Shown piece by piece: positions 39,272 through 48,376 of a DNA stretch of 64,000 nt. Both the position numbers and the translations under genes were made by a program. The notes below the pieces were generated by a model that made no database searches, was not told where the DNA came from, and was given only the letters and a program-made list of their open reading frames with translations. Numbering within the stretch: position 1 is the stretch's first letter; each line of letters opens with the position of its first letter. The DNA lies in the NCBI GenBank assembly GCA_024720975.1, contig JANJXX010000002.1, forward strand, positions 32,001 to 96,000, given 5' to 3'. This DNA is from Thermoproteota archaeon. GTDB lineage: Archaea > Asgardarchaeota > Njordarchaeia > Njordarchaeales > Panguiarchaeaceae.

Positions 39272-39334
39272 AAACTCAGTGTAACTATGATTCTTCATCG
39301 CTATGCTCTGGCTTGCCGGGTTTTCATCATCGTG
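39272..39334 (-). ncRNA. Box C/D guide sRNA with two 23S rRNA guides
   Basis: ATGATGA-AAACCCGGCAAGC-CAGA-GCATAGCG-ATGAAGA-ATCATAGTTACA-CTGA (C, D', C', D with 12-13-nt guides); guides are complementary to conserved LSU sequences CUUGCCGGGU and GUAACUAUGA. Confidence 0.85.
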
Positions 39335-39501
39335 AAGTTCCAATACTCAAAGTTCATTTTATATTGAGTTTTTATCAGCGGGATTTTTTAGTGAGACAAA
39401 TATAAAATAATTTAAGCGATATAGTTTAATTTAGTGATGTGCACCTCACGCGTCACCTGAAACCTGAATGATTGACACTCGCATTTAAAATGTGATCGAA
39501 T

Positions 39502-39990
39502 ATGGCGGAAGATGAGTTAAAAGAATTAACTCCCGAGGAAATAGAAGCTTTAAGAACAATTTTCGCCAAGGAAGTCTCCGTAGGTCCTACCGAGGAAATC
39601 AAACTAATGGTTCATACTGAGTTGGAACAATTGTTATATAATAATGCCGACATACAAACTACACTACTGGTGGACTCTGCCGGCTTTCCAGTTGATTTTA
39701 TATCCAAACAAGAAACTAAACTTCAAGGAGAAGATTCCCTTATTATAGCTAGTGCTAACTTTTGGGGACTCTTTGCAACGGCAGAACGCGAAAGTTTAGG
39801 TATCAATCTAGGACACGTCAAAATGATAATCACCAGAACACAAAATGGTTTTATCTTTATAACAAAATGCGGGGAAAACTTTGCCCTAGTTGCGATAGTC
39901 AAGCCCCAAGCAAAATTAGGCGTCATCATGAGAGAACTCGAAGCAACGGCAAAAAGAATAGCTGAAAAACTGTCAGGATTCACCATATAA
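39502..39990 (+). CDS. Roadblock/LC7 (MglB-like) protein with N-terminal extension
   Basis: TTLLVDSAGFPV, ATAERES...LGHVKMIITRTQNGFIFITKCG, ALVAIVKPQAKLGVI. Confidence 0.9.
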   Translation: MAEDELKELTPEEIEALRTIFAKEVSVGPTEEIKLMVHTELEQLLYNNADIQTTLLVDSAGFPVDFISKQETKLQGEDSLIIASANFWGLFATAERESLGINLGHVKMIITRTQNGFIFITKCGENFALVAIVKPQAKLGVIMRELEATAKRIAEKLSGFTI

Positions 39991-40013
39991 TCTAGCTCAT
40001 GGTGCTCTAAATA

Positions 40014-41015
40014 TTAGATCTTTTCTGCTACAAAACCCAGATACCTCCCGATACTTTTTAGTATTGGCGCTTGCGATAGCATTTCATCAAACTTACATAG
40101 CACCGAATGAATTCTTAGAAACTTTCTCAACTTAAAATTCATGGGAAGCATCGAGAAAATGCTCCTAAATTGTGTTAATCTAAAGCCATGCATACTCAGT
40201 AATTTCTTAGTTTCTAGAATGGTGTAGAAGTGAGTGGGTATCTTCACAAAACCATTTTTTGTAGGAATTCTGATGAAAGCAAATGGCCTATCCGCATATT
40301 TTATAGTCTTAGAAAGCAGGGAAATGCTCCTGACAACCTTTATGATCCAATCAAGAGAGTATCTGTTAATAACTGTTCCTATAAAAACTCCCGCAGGCTT
40401 AATGACACGAGAAATTTCCTTAAATGCATGAGGATAAAATATCGAATGATCCAAGGCTCCAAATATTGCGAGGACGATATCAAACGTCGCACTCTTAAAA
40501 GGTAAGAACTCAGCTGGAACGCAAACAAAATCTACATTATCTAAAGATAAGGCTTTAGAGATTCTCTTTGCCTCAAACAGTGCATTTAAAGAAATATCCG
40601 CTCCCACAGCTTTAAACCTTACTTCATTATATGCAGTCCTGAGGTACTTAATAACGAGCCATAGTTCCCAGCCACTTCCACAACCAATGGCCAGAATTTT
40701 AATGTCCTTTGCCTTTTTATTTCTCATGAGATGATTTATCCCATGTAAAATAAGCCTTGCCTGCTGCTTCCTTAAGTACTTAAGCCAATCACTTCTTTGA
40801 ACACTCCAAGTATTTGGTGGAATCTTTCTGTATGCAATAATAATCTTCTTAAGATGCTTATGAAGAACCCGCGGATAAAGTATTGGAACACCCCCATGTA
40901 CCCTAAAAACCTCGTTCCTAGATCTTATATAACCACTTATGATCTCGTCACCGGATCTTCTTACACATAATTCATCAACCTGAAGCGATAAGATGTCAAT
41001 TAGCCAATCACGCAT
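40014..41015 (-). CDS. Class I SAM methyltransferase with an N-terminal Trm112-like segment
   Basis: MRDWLIDIL...EIISGYI...FRVHGGVPIL (Trm112-like); IGCGSG, GADIS, AEFLPFKSATFDIV, EISRVIKPAG. Confidence 0.8.
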   Translation of the reverse strand: MRDWLIDILSLQVDELCVRRSGDEIISGYIRSRNEVFRVHGGVPILYPRVLHKHLKKIIIAYRKIPPNTWSVQRSDWLKYLRKQQARLILHGINHLMRNKKAKDIKILAIGCGSGWELWLVIKYLRTAYNEVRFKAVGADISLNALFEAKRISKALSLDNVDFVCVPAEFLPFKSATFDIVLAIFGALDHSIFYPHAFKEISRVIKPAGVFIGTVINRYSLDWIIKVVRSISLLSKTIKYADRPFAFIRIPTKNGFVKIPTHFYTILETKKLLSMHGFRLTQFRSIFSMLPMNFKLRKFLRIHSVLCKFDEMLSQAPILKSIGRYLGFVAEKI

Positions 41016-41416
41016 CTAACGCCCCATTATGACTACTCTTTTCCGTTCAGTTGGATTTAATAAATGTATGGTATCAAGTAGGCTATTTAGATGCTTAATA
41101 TATCACCCTCAAATTGTTGGTAGTAACTACTGCTAAGGTCCCTCTAGCCATATAAGATATTGTTGACGTTTTTCTGACTGGATTACATGCTACATAAAAC
41201 AATACAGATTCATTCTATTTGAGGTTAATTACGCTTTGCTCTCTATCAACTACTATTATAATCGATTATAATCGATAGGCGATGTGACGGAAGGTATCAT
41301 CATAGGCTGAAAATCGGTAACGCAACAACTAATGATAAATTTATAAACTTTGAATATGTGGAATAACAGATATGAAGATCTGCGCTGCTAATATCATTGA
41401 AAGGTATACATCCTAA

Positions 41417-41501
41417 GCCCCGGTGGTGTAGTGGCCAAGCATCCCGGCCTTTCAGCTGAGAAGAAAGCCGGGGATCGCGGGTTCAAATCCCGCCCGGGGC
41501 A
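41417..41501 (+). tRNA. tRNA-Glu(UUC) with an 11-nt intron at 37/38 (41455-41465)
   Basis: GCCCCGG acceptor; arm CCGGC-CT-TTC-A[GCTGAGAAGAA]A-GCCGG; TTCAAAT T-loop. Confidence 0.88.
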
Positions 41502-41534
41502 ATAAATCATTCATGAAATTGTTTAATAAGAGAA

Positions 41535-42167
41535 CTACAACCCTAGCTTCCTTCTTGTCTCAGATGAAAGGAGCTCTAACTCCCTTTTAAATGTTTCCGG
41601 AAAGATTCGAGCAAGTACCGCCAAACGACAAGCCTCCTGAAAAACGCGCTTGACGCCAAGTCCTTCGATTGCAACCGTGTTAAATATTGGGTGAGGTCCA
41701 CTTAGGCGCATAACCCTCAATAATACTACCTCAGGTAAAGCGTCCGGAAGGTCCCTCTTATTTAAGGCAATTATTATCGGAATTTCATTCCATTCATTTC
41801 CAAGAAACAATCTTAGCTCTTCAATACTGTCTGCGTTCTCCCGAAGAGCTTCGGGGTCGGAGTCTGCGACGAATACTACTGCATCAGCTCCTTTGATAAT
41901 TAGCCTCCGCTGAGTTTTGTGTCTTTTTTGACCCGGAACCGTGTATAGATCGAAGAATATGTTTCCTGAGGTTTTGAGTGGTAAGTAATCAAAGAATATT
42001 GTTCTCCCGGATTGATCAGCAACCATTCGTAGTCTTCCTTTTTTTAGTCCCTTGATTTTATTATAAAGCATTTTTAGCATGGTCGTTTTTCCGCTTAGGG
42101 ATGGTCCATATAGCACTATTTTAAATCTATAGTGCCCGTATTTGTCTTTAAATACCACTTCAAACAC
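41535..42167 (-). CDS. MglA-family small GTPase
   Basis: KIVLYGPSLSGKTT, RTIFFDY (MglA intrinsic Arg finger), YTVPGQ in place of DxxG, GADAVVFVADS, NKRDL. Confidence 0.9.
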   Translation of the reverse strand: MFEVVFKDKYGHYRFKIVLYGPSLSGKTTMLKMLYNKIKGLKKGRLRMVADQSGRTIFFDYLPLKTSGNIFFDLYTVPGQKRHKTQRRLIIKGADAVVFVADSDPEALRENADSIEELRLFLGNEWNEIPIIIALNKRDLPDALPEVVLLRVMRLSGPHPIFNTVAIEGLGVKRVFQEACRLAVLARIFPETFKRELELLSSETRRKLGL

Positions 42168-42285
42168 CTATTAGGGCAGTTCTGTGCAAATACACCATAC
42201 GAAACGACGTACCTCGAACTATCAGAGAACATTTTGAAAAATAAAATAAGATGGAAATATAGTTGTAAATGCTAGATTAAGGACA

Positions 42286-43443
42286 TTATAACGTTCTTAG
42301 AATTGAATCAGGTCCCACCTCCGACCACTCCTTTCGTGTCACAACTATCTTTTTGAAGGCTGGTATGGAGGCTAGAATTGAACCTCCGATGAAGACACCA
42401 TATATGCGCTCCTCTGGAGCTTCTACAGCGACTTTATCTCTAGCTTTCTCGGGTACTATTTCCTTAAGTTCTTTTTCGAGTCTTTGAGCGAAGTTTGGTA
42501 TCATAGTATTACCACCAGAAACTACGATGTTCGAGTACATTGACGGTCTTACGTCTATATCGCATGCGAAGATGCTATCAAGAACCAATTCATCTAGGGG
42601 CTTAGCCTCAAGCCCTATAAGCATTGGACTATACATTATTTCTGGCGATTGAAATCTTTCCTCTACTAATTCTATTACACGCCCATCTGGTAACTCATAT
42701 GTTGCTGCAACAGCCTTTGGAATTTTCTTTGCTTTTTCTAGCTCAGCTTTGTAATCGACAGCCAGATAACATAGCTTCTCTTTGATATCTCTTGCAATTT
42801 CCATTTCGGCGGATGATGTGAAGTATATCCCTCGCTTGGTAAGCAGTTTAGCTAAGTAGCGAGTAACATCACGCCCAGCAAGGTTGAGTCTTCTAACGGC
42901 ATGAGCCAGTAGATATGATTCCTGAACTGGGACTATATGCGTAACACCATCACCGCTGTCTACGACAAGTCCAGTAACCCTACCAGCAGCATAAAGAGAC
43001 AATATAGCTTGTGTAGCGACATAGAGCGCCGGAACACCGAAGGTTTCGAATAGGACCTCAGCCATGCGAATTCTATTTTCTTTTGGACTTAAGGGGGCTT
43101 CTGTTACTAATAGTGCCTGATCTTGAGGATTTGTCCTTAGCTCTTTATAGTATAAGTGATACATCAATTTTTCCCAAGCATCCCAGTCAGTTACAATAGC
43201 ATGTTCCAATGGCCAAACTAGCTGAAGAACGCCTCTCATATGAATCGCGTCACGACCAACATAATATTCCAGTGTCTCTGCTTCTGGCATGACTACGGTG
43301 TACTTAGGATATCCTACCACTGTTGGAAAAACTGTTCTCGGTGTATCATCACCAGCAAATCCAGCTTTTGTAAAACCCGTTCCTAGGTCTGCAACTACTG
43401 CTGGACGTTCGAGCTCCGGAAGCTTGTGTGATGCTGAACTCAT
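42286..43443 (-). CDS. Actin (eukaryote-like, Lokiactin-type)
   Basis: DLGTGFTKAGFAGDDTPR, EHAIVTDWD, TEAPLSPKENR, FETFGVPALYVA, VDSGDGVTH, LAGRDVT, DIKEKLCY, YELPDG, VSGGNTM, FIGGSILAS. Confidence 0.97.
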   Translation of the reverse strand: MSSASHKLPELERPAVVADLGTGFTKAGFAGDDTPRTVFPTVVGYPKYTVVMPEAETLEYYVGRDAIHMRGVLQLVWPLEHAIVTDWDAWEKLMYHLYYKELRTNPQDQALLVTEAPLSPKENRIRMAEVLFETFGVPALYVATQAILSLYAAGRVTGLVVDSGDGVTHIVPVQESYLLAHAVRRLNLAGRDVTRYLAKLLTKRGIYFTSSAEMEIARDIKEKLCYLAVDYKAELEKAKKIPKAVAATYELPDGRVIELVEERFQSPEIMYSPMLIGLEAKPLDELVLDSIFACDIDVRPSMYSNIVVSGGNTMIPNFAQRLEKELKEIVPEKARDKVAVEAPEERIYGVFIGGSILASIPAFKKIVVTRKEWSEVGPDSILRTL

Positions 43444-43507
43444 CAAGATAAACACCCTTGAGCGCGTTTAATTATTCATGCTGTTCAATTGGATATCTTA
43501 ATTATTC

Positions 43508-43520
43508 CCCTTATAAAACA
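43508..43520 (-). promoter_or_regulatory. Candidate TATA box for the actin gene
   Basis: TTTTATAA on the minus strand about 70 nt upstream of the actin ATG. Confidence 0.4.
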
Positions 43521-43755
43521 GATAAGAGGTTAATGTATTAAAACAATACTTACGTTATAACAATTATCAGACTAGAGCACCATAAACTTTTAATCATTAC
43601 AACTTTGTTCTCAATCCAAAGAGTAATTTCTATCGCATGACCAACTTTCTTCCCGGTAAGGGACAAGAAAACTTCATGAGAAAGAAATATTAGTTTATTA
43701 TTGTTGCGGTTAGTAGTACTAATTATTTTAGAATACTTCTGGAGTTTTCAATAGT

Positions 43756-45456
43756 TCATCTCATTTCTACGGCACTCCTGATTTCCTTTGCGAGCTCTCT
43801 AGTACGTGCAACAATGACGATATTTTTACCTAATCTTCTGATCCTTATCAAGTCGTTTGAGAAATCAAAATTGACCACTACTCTCTTATCTAAGATACTA
43901 TTAGCGATTTCTGCGTTAACATTACAAGCTAAAATCAATTTCTGGAGCTTTGATAGGTCATTTATGGCTTCAAGATTGAAAATTATACGAAAATCTTCGA
44001 GCAATTTATATGCTCGCTCCTCAAGATCTCGTATGCTATTGTGAGGAGCCCTTCTTATTTTTTCAATAAATGCCTCGACTTTATCTACAGTTAGATCCTG
44101 ACGAGACTCCATCTCGTTTAACTCCAGCTGAAATGCTCTCCTAGCTTGCTCTATGTAGCTTAGTACGTGCTCCTCTAGATATTTGTATAGCTCATTAATG
44201 ACCAAATCCCCCCTTCCAAATTCACCATGCGCCATCTTTTCTAGTTCTCTTAAGCAATCTAAGTAATTTAAATTTGAATTTCCAAAATGTTTGGTAAAAA
44301 TTTCTTTGAGTTCCTCTGACTCCGAGTTAAGTATGTGTTCTGCGAGAGCAAGTGCTTTAAGCCAAGCTCCTGGCGCCTCAAAAGATCCTATTTTAGTCTC
44401 TTTTAACCAGTTGGCATAACTTTTAAAGAACTCCCAAGGATTGCGATATTGACTTTTGACTAGTGGCTTTAATTCAACTCTATGCGCAAAGACATACGGA
44501 ACGGACCATAAAATGTCTTCTACATCAACTTTACTCATTCCTCTTATCCACGCCCGCGCTCTTGCATACGCAAACAGTGCAATTAGAGCTCTTTCATCGG
44601 GAGGTTCCTGAATCTTACTGCACGGCTCGTTTGCAAACTCACATTCCATACATGGGAGACGCATATATGAGGGCATTAAGTCCAGCTTACCAAGCTTGCA
44701 GATGCGCAAGGAAGTCAAAATCATAGTTCCAAGTAACTTGATATGCTCTGGTATTGTTACTGACGCTACGTCATCCCATATTTTCTCTAATTCTTCAAAT
44801 GATAGGACTTCAGGCATAGTGTCAACAATTGTAAATCTTCTGTAGGTTCTCTCGCTCTCTATCATCCTATCCAGAATGCTTTTGGATTCCCTGAGTCCAG
44901 GAAGTTCTATGTAGCAAGACCCTAAAAATCTCGATTTCAGGGCTCTGTCAATATCCCCCCGGAAGGGATTCATATCAGCAAAACAAATGTAGTCTGGAGT
45001 TTCAAAACGCAGGCCACCATATTCTATGTAACCCTCTTCTAGTAGGCTCAGGAGAGCATCTTGAACACTCTTACTAAAGCGATTTATTTCATTGATGAAC
45101 TTTATTCTAGCTGTAACTACTGGTCTCACTATTATATCCTCCTCGCCTTTTGTCAGTAATTTCACGAGATTTGTACTGACCAGAACCTTTTGAAGAGTTT
45201 TTTCAGGGGCTCCTATAACTATTCCTAGCGATTCTTTATTTTTTGATAATGCTCTACTTATGAGTCTCACTAGCGTAGATTTTCCTGAGCCTGGGAAGCC
45301 TACTAACAACACCTTGTTATTTCGTATAAGAATAGAAGCTATGATGAAACTTTTTATTGATTCGTCACTTGTGATCCACCTTTCAAATAGTTCCTTATAG
45401 AGCGCCTTTATCTTCTGGCGGTAATTTTCAATGACTTCAGAGAGGGTCATTTGCAC
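43756..45456 (-). CDS. MoxR-family AAA+ ATPase with C-terminal extension
   Basis: LLVGFPGSGKS, FINEINR, VQDALLSLLEEG, ADMNP, DRALKSRF, VFAHRV. Confidence 0.88.
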   Translation of the reverse strand: MQMTLSEVIENYRQKIKALYKELFERWITSDESIKSFIIASILIRNNKVLLVGFPGSGKSTLVRLISRALSKNKESLGIVIGAPEKTLQKVLVSTNLVKLLTKGEEDIIVRPVVTARIKFINEINRFSKSVQDALLSLLEEGYIEYGGLRFETPDYICFADMNPFRGDIDRALKSRFLGSCYIELPGLRESKSILDRMIESERTYRRFTIVDTMPEVLSFEELEKIWDDVASVTIPEHIKLLGTMILTSLRICKLGKLDLMPSYMRLPCMECEFANEPCSKIQEPPDERALIALFAYARARAWIRGMSKVDVEDILWSVPYVFAHRVELKPLVKSQYRNPWEFFKSYANWLKETKIGSFEAPGAWLKALALAEHILNSESEELKEIFTKHFGNSNLNYLDCLRELEKMAHGEFGRGDLVINELYKYLEEHVLSYIEQARRAFQLELNEMESRQDLTVDKVEAFIEKIRRAPHNSIRDLEERAYKLLEDFRIIFNLEAINDLSKLQKLILACNVNAEIANSILDKRVVVNFDFSNDLIRIRRLGKNIVIVARTRELAKEIRSAVEMR

Positions 45457-47083
45457 TCACTGTGCTCTGGGAGATTCTGGTCAGTTCTCTTATGATAATT
45501 TCTATCTCCTCGCATTCTGTAATATTCGGGGGCAAAATTATCACTGGAATGTTAAGAGTTTTTAATACATCCTCAGTTTTTTCCCAGAGCTTCTGAGTTA
45601 TAGCAAAAAATACCAAGATTGATTTCTCTCTAACATTCATTAAACTGTTTATTACCTCAGGAAACTTTATGTCATATATTGCCGTGTCTGTGATTATAGC
45701 TACCAATGCCCTATCATACAAAGAAGATAAGTGATTATCTACTACACTAAGGACATTCCTGATGTTAGTACCTCCTTCAGAGTCTAGCCTTAATATTATC
45801 TCTTCAATAGCGTCATAATTAAATGTAGGTGGCACTCCTTCCCAAGCACCCGAGGAGAATGTTGATAATCCCACAGACATGCCATACTTCTTAGCAATTT
45901 CAACTAGAGCCATACCAACATCTATTGCACGCTCGATAGGATCGTCACTCATCGATCCACTTGTATCTATAACTAACTCCATATGTCTAATTGATCTCTC
46001 CAACGAGTTTAGGTCGCCGCCAATTTCACGCAAATCCTGAAGTGTTGATACATCAGGTATTACGCGACCAAACGTATCTGCTGAGATTTCTATGTTCATC
46101 TTCTCTTCATCATCTCCCATATACCATTCACAAAATCCATACCTTGAGGTTTGTGGTTCTATCTCGATTATTTTTTCTTCTATCAAAGAGAGAATAGCTC
46201 TAATGCGCGCCCTCCTAGCAGCGGCAAGGTATCTCCTCCTATTTAACATCTTCTGGAGAATAGTTTTGTCTTGAGAAAATGCGGGCTCCTTGATTGGCAG
46301 CTTGCCTATTTCTAATTGCTTATCGAGTTTCTTTGCTACCTCTTTCGCGAAGTCATAGTCGATTTCACTTAATTGCTCCATTTCCTGTAAGCTTATAGGA
46401 ATACTATCACTGTTCATTACTTCATTCGCAGAGATTGGTATCAGATACTTTCGTAGTTCCCTCTCGTGGAGAGACCATGGATCTAGAGTATCGATTTCTG
46501 CTAGTAGCTCCCTAAAGAAGATTTTAGCCTTAGCGTAGAGTGGCATGTCTGCTAGGGCGACATTTATTATGCGCATTGTCTTACTCGAAATTTTTCTCCC
46601 TAATACGAATTCATAGAATTCTCTAAGAATGCTTCCTAGGGGCGTGCTAGATGTTGGCTTTGATTTAAGAATTCCTTCTATTGATTCCTTAACAATAGAG
46701 CTAATATGTTTTTGGTTTGATAGTTTGGCAAAAATTACAAAAAGGCACAAGACAGATAACAATGATCCATGTACCTCACTACTATAATTGCCGAGAGTCC
46801 TTCTTGCAGCAGCTAAAATTATCAGTCGATTTAGCTCTGTCGCAGGAAGGATACTGTGATACCCTAAACCCAGGAGAAGAAAGTACTTGTTAAAATCGGG
46901 GAGCTTTGTTCCCTCTGGAGGTTCTGGTAGTAATATTGTACCCCACTGTGTGTACCATGCAGATTTGATTGAGTCGACTTTTATTACAAAACCAGGAAAT
47001 AGGTTATACAATCTGGAGACTTTATCAACGATTTCCTTGAGCTCACTACAATTTATTTCATCTATTGTGTAAAATTCTTTCAT
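45437..47083 (-). CDS. von Willebrand factor A domain protein (MoxR partner)
   Basis: MIDAS motif LVIDTSGSM, EGGTN, IITD; overlaps the MoxR gene. Confidence 0.88.
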   Translation of the reverse strand: MKEFYTIDEINCSELKEIVDKVSRLYNLFPGFVIKVDSIKSAWYTQWGTILLPEPPEGTKLPDFNKYFLLLGLGYHSILPATELNRLIILAAARRTLGNYSSEVHGSLLSVLCLFVIFAKLSNQKHISSIVKESIEGILKSKPTSSTPLGSILREFYEFVLGRKISSKTMRIINVALADMPLYAKAKIFFRELLAEIDTLDPWSLHERELRKYLIPISANEVMNSDSIPISLQEMEQLSEIDYDFAKEVAKKLDKQLEIGKLPIKEPAFSQDKTILQKMLNRRRYLAAARRARIRAILSLIEEKIIEIEPQTSRYGFCEWYMGDDEEKMNIEISADTFGRVIPDVSTLQDLREIGGDLNSLERSIRHMELVIDTSGSMSDDPIERAIDVGMALVEIAKKYGMSVGLSTFSSGAWEGVPPTFNYDAIEEIILRLDSEGGTNIRNVLSVVDNHLSSLYDRALVAIITDTAIYDIKFPEVINSLMNVREKSILVFFAITQKLWEKTEDVLKTLNIPVIILPPNITECEEIEIIIRELTRISQSTVSANDPL

Positions 47084-47107
47084 AGCTCAGAGAACCATCT
47101 CTGATGA

Positions 47108-48286
47108 TTACTTACATGGAAGTGCAATATTACCAACGCCTATGGTGTTCCCAATACCTAATATGATAACCTTACCTTCACTCGGAACCTCCTCAATTAT
47201 TATCCTTTTAACTACTTCACACGCATTATAAACCGCACTTAGTAATGTCTCACTTAGAGGAGTTAGAGCCTCTACGTAGTTCTCCTTTATCACAACTGCA
47301 TAAAGAGGAATTTTATATTTGGAGGTCCAGGATTCTATTCTGTACTTCTCGGGACCTGGGTCACCTATAGCAGCACCAACCCCTACATCAACTTTTCCAG
47401 TATTCTCCGACTCAAGACGAAGCGCCGCATCGACTGTAATAATTAAATTGACATCTCCTCCGATTTTCTCAAGAATCTTTTGTAAGAAGCGCCCAGGATA
47501 TCCAACTTCACTTCCTGGACCCTTTGCCTTGACAGCTAAAACATATCTGCCCTCAAACTCAGAGGAACTATAGGCTATTTTGAGATCCTCATCGACTTCA
47601 ACTATATCTCCGAAGAAATGGAGCGCTACGAGAGCTCCCACACTATCTCCTATAGGCACACCCTCCACGAAGCCCTTAAGCGCATCAAAATAGCTGAGAC
47701 AGAGCTCTCTAATGAATGGCACTAGAAGTTTCAGTTGCAGAAGATAGTAGATGTTCTTAGTTCGGTATCCAACTTCGTAAATATGAGATGTTATCTTCCA
47801 CAGGTATCTTATTGCAGCTGCTGCTTCTAGAGCGCTTTCTAAATTTTTTTGAACGCGCTCAGGAGCGCTAGGAATTATTTTTTGTGCTATGTTTCTTAAT
47901 CTACTACGCCTGACATCTAATATATGTTCAAGCCTACTTAGAATTCCTGTAGGATCTATCGTTACTGGGTATATTAAGAAGCTATTTATGATTTCATCAA
48001 TCCACTTATTTACTTTAATGAACTCTTTGGATTTTACTATTTCATTAATTGCTGCTTCGTCAATATCTTTTGACGTTATGTTCCACCTATGCACTAGAAT
48101 TAAGCGCATGAATGCTCTCTTTGAAAGCTTTTCGTACAGCGTTATTTCACTGATAAACGACCTTAAGCTCCATATAATGAGCTGGGTTTGTATCTCGTTA
48201 AGCAGAAATATTAACATTAGGAATATCATAAGCGATATCATATAATCTACACTAATTTGTATGAATGACATTTGCAGAAACACCAC
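47108..48286 (-). CDS. DUF1512 family protein
   Basis: PVTIDPTGILSRLEHIL, GVPIGDSVG, VKAKGPG, ITVDAALRLE, GIGNTIGV. Confidence 0.85.
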   Translation of the reverse strand: MVFLQMSFIQISVDYMISLMIFLMLIFLLNEIQTQLIIWSLRSFISEITLYEKLSKRAFMRLILVHRWNITSKDIDEAAINEIVKSKEFIKVNKWIDEIINSFLIYPVTIDPTGILSRLEHILDVRRSRLRNIAQKIIPSAPERVQKNLESALEAAAAIRYLWKITSHIYEVGYRTKNIYYLLQLKLLVPFIRELCLSYFDALKGFVEGVPIGDSVGALVALHFFGDIVEVDEDLKIAYSSSEFEGRYVLAVKAKGPGSEVGYPGRFLQKILEKIGGDVNLIITVDAALRLESENTGKVDVGVGAAIGDPGPEKYRIESWTSKYKIPLYAVVIKENYVEALTPLSETLLSAVYNACEVVKRIIIEEVPSEGKVIILGIGNTIGVGNIALPCK

Positions 48287-48376
48287 ATTGTACTCCCTCT
48301 CTTAAGGAATAAGCTAAATTTTACTTAACTTTATTGGCTTTATTTTCTTATATTGACAACTCAAGGCGCATTAAAG

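Noticed and set aside
39434-39495. Possible second C/D sRNA or K-turn (GTGATGT...CTGA...ATGATTG...GTGA) upstream of the roadblock gene
   Set aside because: Boxes are degenerate, spacing is atypical and the last GTGA doubles as the SD; rRNA complementarity is only partial.
41449-41466. Reading the tRNA as having a UCA (Sec/opal suppressor) anticodon (…CTTTCAGC…)
   Set aside because: The CCGGC/GCCGG stem places TTC at 34-36; the acceptor is Glu-type and there is no long variable arm or extended acceptor stem.
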